Source: an uncultured Candidatus Actinomarina sp. (GTDB lineage: Bacteria; Actinomycetota; Acidimicrobiia; Actinomarinales; Actinomarinaceae). Taken from it: DNA of 37,546 nt. The notes under the pieces are model-generated. The model was not told the origin of the DNA and did no database searches. It saw only the letters and a program-made list of their open reading frames with translations. The position numbers were made by a program, and so were the translations under genes. Below, one piece after another: positions 8,385 through 15,849 of the stretch (its first letter is position 1; every line of letters starts with the position of its first letter). The stretch covers positions 1 to 37,546 of the forward strand of contig CAZKFE010000001.1 of the NCBI GenBank assembly GCA_964551955.1. The letters run 5' to 3'.

Positions 8385-9456
8385 AATTTTTCAAGTAGAA
8401 CCTTCGATTTCAGAAGAGGATATTAAAAATGTTAATAGTTATATTGCTTCTGGTTCATGGATTACTGAGAATAAAGTAACTAAGGATTTAGAAAACGATA
8501 TAAAAAGTTATCTAGGAAGAGAGTATGCAGTTGCTGTCCCTAATGGAACAATAGCAATCTATTTATCTCTACTTTCGGCTGGAATTACTGATGGTATGAA
8601 AGTAGCTGTACCTAACTTAACTATGATCGCAACAATAAACGCAGTATTGTGGGCTAATGCTGAGCCGATAATGATTGATGTTGATGAGTCACTTTGTATG
8701 TCTTATGAAAAATTATTAGAAGTAAACGAAAAAATTGATTGTGTACTCTTTGTACCCTTGAATGGTCGAACTGGAGAAGGAGAACAGATTCAAAAATGGT
8801 GTAAAGAAAGTGAAATAATTTTTATTGAAGATTCTGCTCATGCCTTAGGGTCAAGTTATGAATCGAGCCAATGTGGTTCGCTTGGTGAATTAAGTATTCT
8901 TTCATTTACACCTCACAAAATAATTACGATGGGTCAGGGTGGAATGGTCTTTACAGACGATGAAAAGCTCTATAATTATTTAATTTCAATTAAAACTTTT
9001 AATAGATCGAAAGATAAATCTGATTGGCATGAAGGGTTTGGTTTAAATTTTAAAATTACTGATCTCCAGGCTTCTTTAGGTTTATCACAATTTAAAAAAT
9101 TAGATTTTTTTATTGAAAAAAAACTTAAGACGCTTAAATATTATCAAAAAAATATTGAGTCTGATGATATTAAAGTCAGGCCTTTTAGACAAAATGAGTT
9201 GCCGTGGTTTTTCGATATCGAGTTAAATTCTGAAGATGAAAAAGAGGAGATTAAAAAATATTTAGATGAAAACGGAATAGAAACTAGAGACTTTTATCCT
9301 GCTTTATCTTCACAAAAATACTTGGATATGTATAAATCTGATAACTTAGAATTTTCAGAAAATATTTACAATAAATTACTTTGGCTTCCATCTGGAAATA
9401 ATTTAAGCGAAGAACAGTTGTCTTATATTTGTAAAACTATTTCAAATTATAAATAA
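8377..9456 (+). CDS. DegT/DnrJ/EryC1/StrS-family PLP aminotransferase, GDP-perosamine synthase (Per/RfbE)-like
   Basis: PLP-lysine box SILSFTPHKIITMGQGGMVF, plus VPNGTIAIYLSL. The N-terminus IFQVEPSISEEDI...ASGSWIT and the C-terminus GIETRDFYPA resemble Per-type enzymes. Start is uncertain: the in-frame TTG at 8377 overlaps the cupin stop by 8 nt and sits right before the conserved N-terminus. The ATGs at 8278 and 8332 would add a non-homologous extension overlapping the cupin gene. Confidence 0.85.
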   Translation: MDRIFQVEPSISEEDIKNVNSYIASGSWITENKVTKDLENDIKSYLGREYAVAVPNGTIAIYLSLLSAGITDGMKVAVPNLTMIATINAVLWANAEPIMIDVDESLCMSYEKLLEVNEKIDCVLFVPLNGRTGEGEQIQKWCKESEIIFIEDSAHALGSSYESSQCGSLGELSILSFTPHKIITMGQGGMVFTDDEKLYNYLISIKTFNRSKDKSDWHEGFGLNFKITDLQASLGLSQFKKLDFFIEKKLKTLKYYQKNIESDDIKVRPFRQNELPWFFDIELNSEDEKEEIKKYLDENGIETRDFYPALSSQKYLDMYKSDNLEFSENIYNKLLWLPSGNNLSEEQLSYICKTISNYK

Positions 9457-9489
9457 AGTCAACATGTATTCATTAACAACTATTATTAG

Positions 9490-10245
9490 ATGATGATTAA
9501 TAATATTGTCTGGTATTTAAAGAAAATATATAAAAAGATTACTGGAACTTCAGGTTCTCAAGATACCTTAGAATATAGAGATTATTTATACCAAGAATTA
9601 ATCGACCTCTATGGGAAAGAATATTTTAACAACAAAAGAATACTGGAAGTAGGACCACGTGATGGAGAGGATTCTGTAAGGTTAGAAGAATTTCTTCCCT
9701 CTGAGTTTGTTTTAATTGATCTCCCTGACAAAGAGGAAATAAATAAACAATGGTTAGGCGATTTAAAATCAAACTATAAATTTATTCAAGCTAATTTTTT
9801 ATACATGTCACAAGAAGATTATGAAAGCTTAGGCAAGTTTGATCTAATTTACTTTACTGGTGTCCTTTATCACAACCCAGAACAACTAAGATTTATTCAA
9901 AAGATTTATGACAAACTTAACTTTGGTGGAGTGGTTGTTTTAGAAAGCGCTACAACTAGAAATAAGAAACTAATTAATGAAAATGTTGTTGAAATACATT
10001 ATCCAAAGACATATAGAGACACAACTACTGTAAGCCACCTGCCGTCAAAAAAAGCAATATTAAGTTGGCTTGAGATGGTTGGCTTTAAAGAAATATTTGT
10101 TTCAAAAAGCTATGAAAAAGAAAATTATAACGTTAAAGATATCAGGTTTGCTTGTATTGCTAAAAAAACTAAAGAAGATATACCTAATAGCTATTATGAA
10201 AAACAATTAAAAGAAAAATCATTTATTATTGGAAAATCAACCTAA
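9490..10245 (+). CDS. class I SAM-dependent methyltransferase
   Basis: Motif I RILEVGPRDGEDS, acidic beta-2 end FVLIDLP, FDLIYFTGVLYH and GGVVVLES. ORF of 251 aa with tandem ATGs at 9490 and 9493. Confidence 0.8.
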   Translation: MMINNIVWYLKKIYKKITGTSGSQDTLEYRDYLYQELIDLYGKEYFNNKRILEVGPRDGEDSVRLEEFLPSEFVLIDLPDKEEINKQWLGDLKSNYKFIQANFLYMSQEDYESLGKFDLIYFTGVLYHNPEQLRFIQKIYDKLNFGGVVVLESATTRNKKLINENVVEIHYPKTYRDTTTVSHLPSKKAILSWLEMVGFKEIFVSKSYEKENYNVKDIRFACIAKKTKEDIPNSYYEKQLKEKSFIIGKST

Positions 10246-10251
10246 GTTAAT

Positions 10252-12165
10252 TTAGTCTTCAGGTTCTAGTTTTGGAACTTCAGGTAATTTAATATTTAAT
10301 ATCTGTCCAGACTTAAGTGCAACTATTAAAGTGTCTTTTTCTGTTGGGTGTACTTTCAGTACTGTTGGATTGGTGTTGTATGAGTTTATTACTGGAAAGA
10401 CATATAACTTATCTTCTGTCAGGTTGTACGCAAATAACTCTAAAGTTACATAATCAGTAAAAAAGTAAAAGTTATTATAGTAGCTGCTTGGATCTGAAAT
10501 TACGTCTCCCCCAATAATGGCAGCTCTATAAATATCGTTACCAGGTCTGTGGTTGTAATAAACTTTTGGTTTCCTGCTGGTGTTAATTAAAAACTTGTCT
10601 GCTTTCTCATTATCATCATAATTTCCAAGATCATTGGGGCCGGAAAGCCACAAATAAAGTTCTGTAACATTCTCTTCGTCTAATAGTAAATCTCCTCCTG
10701 TATTCTTATTAAGTTCTTTAGAGAAGAATGGGCCCTCAAATATTGGCCATCCAAGTGAAACGGGCGTTCTAACCAAACAATTTTCGACTTTAGCTTCACC
10801 GTCTCCAATAAATACTCCTGAATCACATCCATCTGGAAACGAGTCGTAATCAATTATATTTAATTCTTCAATGTTTTGGTTTCCAACATCAGGAATAATT
10901 ATTGAATCACCGTGTTCTATTGCTTGCCATGGATTTCTTAAACCATAGGCAACAATATTTTCAGGTGGTTCATAAGTGCCTACTGCGCTAATTTTTGGTG
11001 CATATATTTTTTCTTCAGAAGCAAGTAACAATATCTTCCCTCTTGGCGAAATTGTATTCATTGATTCTGAATTTAATACTGAAGCATTGTTAGCTTCCAT
11101 GTCTCCAACTGCTAACAAGAATCCTTCAAAATATTCTGAGTAGTCTAAAGTCCCTGCAAAATGGCAACATTGATTATTTGGTATATCAACAAGAGTAAAC
11201 AACGAGTCATATCCTTGGCCTCTGTAGTTTGAATAGACATCTACCTGTAGTGCGTTATTTAAATTTGTGTAGCTAATTAAGAAATCATCATCATTTGGAT
11301 AGAAGGCAATATCAAACAATCCTTCTTCCCCTCCATCTTTGTAAAATACTTTATCTTCGATATTAATAAACTCTGAGTAACTATCGTTCTCTAGCTTTAA
11401 GACCTTGCCAGATTCAATAACTAGATAGATCTCATCATTATGTATTGAAATATTATTAATCTGTAGTTCTACATTGATATCTTCTTCTATTTCGATTCCG
11501 TATAAGCAAGAGATATAGTTTTCGCTACCCGACCAAGGATTACAAACTAGTTCGTTAGTGCTTACACTCACTCCTAAATCAAAATTTAATAAGCCTGAGT
11601 CCTCATTCCCTTCTTGTCTGTCTATAGAAACTGATGTGGAATTAAAATTGATTAATGAAATTCCATAAATAATACCTATTACTAGAAAAAATGAGACCGA
11701 CACTATCAGCCTGCCTTTGTTTAATTTAAAATTTTGAATATTTCCAATTGAAAATATCGACAAGCTTATTAAAAAAGGATAAAGAAAAATACTTAATAAA
11801 ATAATAGACCTAGGAAGGTTGAAAAGCCGCAATATATATAAACAAAAAGTAAACGAACCAGCATTAATTAGGAAAAGCTTAAGGAACTCTAATAAGATTT
11901 TTTCTAGTCTTTTTTTGTAAAAATCTGTATCTATAAAATTTGAAATGAGGAGAGTGTTTAAAAAAGCTATTACAAAAACAATAAAGTTGGATGAGACATT
12001 ATCTGAATATGGAAACCCAATGTTTGACAAATCATTAGAGAAATTACCTAATGAGGAAATTAGTAGGTTTGATGCTCTATTAGCAAAAAATGAAAAAACA
12101 TAAAAATAGAAAAGGAGATTAATAAGAAATAGAAAAAATAAATTTAATAGTTTAGTAATTTTCAC
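10252..12165 (-). CDS. polytopic membrane domain fused to a glucose/sorbosone-dehydrogenase-like (PQQ-dependent sugar dehydrogenase family) beta-propeller
   Basis: GTG start. The first ~175 aa form about five hydrophobic helices. The remainder carries, in order, VGDMEANN, RGKILLL, AYGLRNPWQ, DVGNQNIEELN and SLGWPIFEG, which parallels the GSDH family signature blocks (GD.., GKILRI, GLRNP, E-E-x-N, NYGWP). Confidence 0.6.
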   Translation of the reverse strand: MKITKLLNLFFLFLINLLFYFYVFSFFANRASNLLISSLGNFSNDLSNIGFPYSDNVSSNFIVFVIAFLNTLLISNFIDTDFYKKRLEKILLEFLKLFLINAGSFTFCLYILRLFNLPRSIILLSIFLYPFLISLSIFSIGNIQNFKLNKGRLIVSVSFFLVIGIIYGISLINFNSTSVSIDRQEGNEDSGLLNFDLGVSVSTNELVCNPWSGSENYISCLYGIEIEEDINVELQINNISIHNDEIYLVIESGKVLKLENDSYSEFINIEDKVFYKDGGEEGLFDIAFYPNDDDFLISYTNLNNALQVDVYSNYRGQGYDSLFTLVDIPNNQCCHFAGTLDYSEYFEGFLLAVGDMEANNASVLNSESMNTISPRGKILLLASEEKIYAPKISAVGTYEPPENIVAYGLRNPWQAIEHGDSIIIPDVGNQNIEELNIIDYDSFPDGCDSGVFIGDGEAKVENCLVRTPVSLGWPIFEGPFFSKELNKNTGGDLLLDEENVTELYLWLSGPNDLGNYDDNEKADKFLINTSRKPKVYYNHRPGNDIYRAAIIGGDVISDPSSYYNNFYFFTDYVTLELFAYNLTEDKLYVFPVINSYNTNPTVLKVHPTEKDTLIVALKSGQILNIKLPEVPKLEPED

Positions 12166-12191
12166 ATTAATAATTCTACAATGTAACTCGA

Positions 12192-12899
12192 TTAATCCAT
12201 ATCTAATAGATCGTTAACAGTGTTAATTTTGTGAAAATCATTATTATTTAAAAGGTTTATATAGCTTTCAAAATCTATGTTATCAAAATCATAAAATAAT
12301 TCGTTAAGATTTGGACTATCAGTTAATTTAATTAGAGCCATTCCATGATCACTTGGAATTAAATATACTTTAATAAATTCCAACTCTCTTAGAAAAAAAA
12401 GAATCTTATACGCATCTTGAAATGAATGCAATGTAAGTCTTCTACGAAATGTATTAAACAAGTTATTAGGTAAAACATCATCTAGCAATATATATCCTCC
12501 AATATTTAGATTTCTTATTGCCTGAGAGGTGTCATAAAAAACATCTTCAATTAAATGTGAACCGTCAATAAAAACAAAATCAAATGTTTCTCTATTGTGG
12601 TTTTCAAAAAATTCTTTCGAAGTAAGCTTCAGATTTCCACCTCTTACTGGGTCTATACCAACATTAAATTCATTATCTATTTTTGAAAAAGTCTGATTTA
12701 AATCACAACCAATTTCCAAATATTTAGCCTTCTTTTTATATTTTTTTTCAATTATAAAATTGATAATCTGATCTCTTTTTAAATTATTATGAAGTTTTAT
12801 ATTAGCTTTTTTATTGAAAGGAAATAGAAAGATTAATAAAATTAAATTTATTAACAAATATAAAACTGAACGAGTTTTCCTATAAATAAAATTCATCAA
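12192..12899 (-). CDS. class I SAM-dependent methyltransferase (Methyltransf_24 / O-methyltransferase-like)
   Basis: YLEIGCDLNQTF (motif I region) and FDFVFIDGSHLIEDVFYDTSQAIRNLNIGGYILLDDV, the typical F-I-D-G-x-H ... G-G-x-I-x-x-D-D arrangement. There is an N-terminal hydrophobic helix. Confidence 0.75.
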   Translation of the reverse strand: MMNFIYRKTRSVLYLLINLILLIFLFPFNKKANIKLHNNLKRDQIINFIIEKKYKKKAKYLEIGCDLNQTFSKIDNEFNVGIDPVRGGNLKLTSKEFFENHNRETFDFVFIDGSHLIEDVFYDTSQAIRNLNIGGYILLDDVLPNNLFNTFRRRLTLHSFQDAYKILFFLRELEFIKVYLIPSDHGMALIKLTDSPNLNELFYDFDNIDFESYINLLNNNDFHKINTVNDLLDMD

Positions 12900-12929
12900 T
12901 ACACATACTAGTAAAACAAATTATTAGTT

Positions 12930-14030
12930 TTAAGTTAGAAATTCTATCAATTTGTTTTGAAAATAATCTTTGGAATGATTTGATCCAAAATAATTTTTTG
13001 ATTTACTAACAATATTTTCTTTTAATCTTTGATTAATTGAAAGTGTTTTAATTGCTTTAGTCAATTCCTTAGAGTCGTCAGGATTTATTGCAACTACCGA
13101 ATCTGAACAATTGTTTTCTATGTAGTTAGTTTTTGCAGTAATCACTGGCTTCCCAATCATAAATGCTTCTACTATTTTTCCAGGTATAACAAGGTTGTTT
13201 TTCTTTGTATCCGAAAAAGCACCAAGGCATATATCAGATTTGATAATATAAGAATATAAGTTAACTTCATCTTTAATGTTCTTTGAAAGATACCCTGTTA
13301 AAAATACATTCTTAATTCCTTCTTTTTCTACTCTGCCTTTTATATGTTTAAAATATGAGCCATCGCCTATAAGATAAAATTTATATTCATTACCTAATTC
13401 AATTGCTGAATCCAAAATAGTATCTAATCCATGCATCCTTTCAAAAGATCCCCAAAAAGCTACTTCATAAATATTTTCTTCCTTATTAATTAAATTCTCT
13501 GTATCTAATCCTTCTGGCAGGTCTCTATATGAGGTTAAGACGAGACTCTTTTCTTTTTGCATCCCTAAAAAATGTTTAACATATTGTTCCATTTCTGAAG
13601 TCTCAAAAATTAACTTATCAGGAATAGTGAAAAATAATCGATCGAGATAAATAATAAATTTTTCTATCAAACTATTAGGTTTAATAATTTTTCTATCTTC
13701 TACAAGTGTTAAGTGAAAAGAGGTGAACATGTCATAAACGATTTTGTAATTAAAAAAAGGTTTAAAGATTCTTAAAAATAGTAGCTCTAATATACCAGGG
13801 AAAAGAACTACATAATTTTCAACATTTTTATTTTTTATCAATGTAAAAATTGAAAATGGAAGAAGTAAAATAAAAAATAATGGATACCTGAAAATAGATA
13901 TAATTTTTGAATTTAGCTTATTTTTTCCCATTAAATTTATACATGTTCTATCTATTTTTTCGTATAAATCAAAAAAATTGCTATTTCGTTCAGTTCTATG
14001 ATTAGTAAATGTAAACAAATGTGAATTCAT
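12930..14030 (-). CDS. GT-B fold glycosyltransferase (GT4-like) with an N-terminal membrane helix
   Basis: The C-terminal half reads FWGSFERMHGLDTIL...FYLIGDGSY...IPGKIVEAFMIGKPVITAKT, as in GT4-type enzymes. A hydrophobic segment FRYPLFFILLLPFSIFTLI lies near the N-terminus. Confidence 0.7.
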   Translation of the reverse strand: MNSHLFTFTNHRTERNSNFFDLYEKIDRTCINLMGKNKLNSKIISIFRYPLFFILLLPFSIFTLIKNKNVENYVVLFPGILELLFLRIFKPFFNYKIVYDMFTSFHLTLVEDRKIIKPNSLIEKFIIYLDRLFFTIPDKLIFETSEMEQYVKHFLGMQKEKSLVLTSYRDLPEGLDTENLINKEENIYEVAFWGSFERMHGLDTILDSAIELGNEYKFYLIGDGSYFKHIKGRVEKEGIKNVFLTGYLSKNIKDEVNLYSYIIKSDICLGAFSDTKKNNLVIPGKIVEAFMIGKPVITAKTNYIENNCSDSVVAINPDDSKELTKAIKTLSINQRLKENIVSKSKNYFGSNHSKDYFQNKLIEFLT

Positions 14031-14086
14031 AACTATTATTTTAGTTCTTATTTAATAGGGAAATTAAATATATACTTTAAATAATT

Positions 14087-14914
14087 ATGAACAATAAGTA
14101 CTTTAGATTTATACAGCTAGGTGTAACCATTCTGGCTTTTTATTATTTATTTAATTTTTTTGTAAGTGATGTAAATTTAAATGATTTAAATATTAATTTT
14201 AGTCTTGATAAATTCTTGATTGTTGTTCTATTTTTCCTATCTAATGTTTTTCATTCTATTGGTTGGTCCAAACTTTTCTCTCAAGATGAGAATCTTGACA
14301 CTAGGGAAACATTTCTTTTTGGAATGAAATCTCATATAGGTAAATATTCATTTATTAAATTTGGTAATTTCTTTATTAGGCTTTCTCAAGATTATGAACA
14401 AATTGGTAAAAAAAGATTTCTTGGAAAAGCAGCAATCGAACAAATTACTCTTGTTCTTTTTGGATTAACTTTTGGGTTATTCCAATTTACCTTGATAGGT
14501 AATGAAATTATAAAAATTATCACAATTCTCATTATCAATTTATTCCTTATTTATTCATTTAATAGTTTCGTTATGAATAAAAAACTTATCGAAATAGATA
14601 TTGGAACCTTTTGGTATTATCTATGTACAACATTTATACAGTTTTCTTGTCTTTTGTACTTCTTTTATTCATCTGGCCTAAATGAATATGTTTATTATGC
14701 TGCAATATATTTATTTTCATCAGCTATATCTATTTTGGTTTCCGTAATACCCGCTGGTTTAGGTGTAAAAGAATCAATATTTATTTTTACTATTTCTGGT
14801 CTTGTTAATAAATCCTATATTTTAAATCTTCTGATTGAGTTAAGAATTTTATTAATTATTGCTGACTTTCTTAGCTATCTATGTTCTATTTATTTAATAA
14901 AAAACAAAAATTAA
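14087..14914 (+). CDS. polytopic membrane protein, possibly flippase-like (LPG-synthase-TM / UPF0104 type)
   Basis: 275 aa with about 7-8 hydrophobic helices. SVIPAGLGVKESIFIF resembles the conserved P-x-G-x-G-x-x-E segment of that family. Proteins of this family commonly neighbour polyprenol-phosphate GT2 genes. Coding is likely; the function call is weak. Confidence 0.5.
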   Translation: MNNKYFRFIQLGVTILAFYYLFNFFVSDVNLNDLNINFSLDKFLIVVLFFLSNVFHSIGWSKLFSQDENLDTRETFLFGMKSHIGKYSFIKFGNFFIRLSQDYEQIGKKRFLGKAAIEQITLVLFGLTFGLFQFTLIGNEIIKIITILIINLFLIYSFNSFVMNKKLIEIDIGTFWYYLCTTFIQFSCLLYFFYSSGLNEYVYYAAIYLFSSAISILVSVIPAGLGVKESIFIFTISGLVNKSYILNLLIELRILLIIADFLSYLCSIYLIKNKN

Positions 14915-15849
14915 CTATGTTTAGGTTTATAAAGATTTCTTAAAAAGAAAACTTTATTTCTATAACTGCTTAAAACCATATAAACAAGAACGAAAAAAAT
15001 TAATAAAAAATTAAAGTAAGCAACCCCTACAATTAGCGATTGAATATTTCCTGCATTGTAACCGTATTGAAAATATTTAATGAAAAATCTAGAAATCAAT
15101 AAAAATCCGGGTATAGAAAATAATACTGTTAGTAAAAACATCATTAATTTAGACCGGTATATCAACATTGATTTAAATATTATTTTTATTGATTTACCAA
15201 TATATTCAAAATTAGAATCAAATAGTCTAGACTCCCTAGTCTCATTGGTATAGGAAATATCATAAGAAGCTATCTTTAATTTATTTTGCTTTGCTTGATA
15301 TAGAGTTTCTAAAGTATATGTAAACGTATTTGAAACAAAAAGAAGATCTATAGCCTTAGTTGAATATGCTCTAAACCCTGACGTTACGTCCGTAAGATTT
15401 AATCTCAAACTTAAGCCAACAATTAAAGAACCTAGTTTTTGAAAAAACTTTTTAGATTTTGAAAAATGATCTAAAGATGTAAAGTCCCTTGATCCAATAA
15501 CAATATCCTGATTTTCGGAATAGAGCTTATTTAATAAGCTTGGTATATCCTTATAGGGATATTGATTATCTGAGTCAAAAATTAATAAACCCTCATAGTT
15601 CTGATTTTTTGAATAATATAAAATACTATTAAAAACCTCTGAGAGTCCGTGATTCTGATTACTTGAAATTATAGAAATTTTGTTTCCATAATCATTTAAT
15701 ATTTTTTTTGTTTTGTCTTTGCTCCCGTCATTAACAATTAAAATATCATAATCAATATCGTTTGAAGCCTTTAATTCTAATAACGAATCGACGCATTCGT
15801 TTATATTGTCTTCTTCATTAAAACAAGGTACTGCAATTAAATTTTTCAT
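14911..15849 (-). CDS. GT2 polyprenol-phosphate glycosyltransferase (GtrB / ArnC / DPM1-like)
   Basis: N-terminal VPCFNEEDNI, IVNDGSKDKT and a DSD box (FDSDNQY), plus two C-terminal transmembrane helices (LMMFLLTVLFSIPGFLLI and LIVGVAYFNFLLIFFVLVYMVL). This is the architecture of lipid-phosphate sugar synthases. Confidence 0.85.
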   Translation of the reverse strand: MKNLIAVPCFNEEDNINECVDSLLELKASNDIDYDILIVNDGSKDKTKKILNDYGNKISIISSNQNHGLSEVFNSILYYSKNQNYEGLLIFDSDNQYPYKDIPSLLNKLYSENQDIVIGSRDFTSLDHFSKSKKFFQKLGSLIVGLSLRLNLTDVTSGFRAYSTKAIDLLFVSNTFTYTLETLYQAKQNKLKIASYDISYTNETRESRLFDSNFEYIGKSIKIIFKSMLIYRSKLMMFLLTVLFSIPGFLLISRFFIKYFQYGYNAGNIQSLIVGVAYFNFLLIFFVLVYMVLSSYRNKVFFLRNLYKPKHS

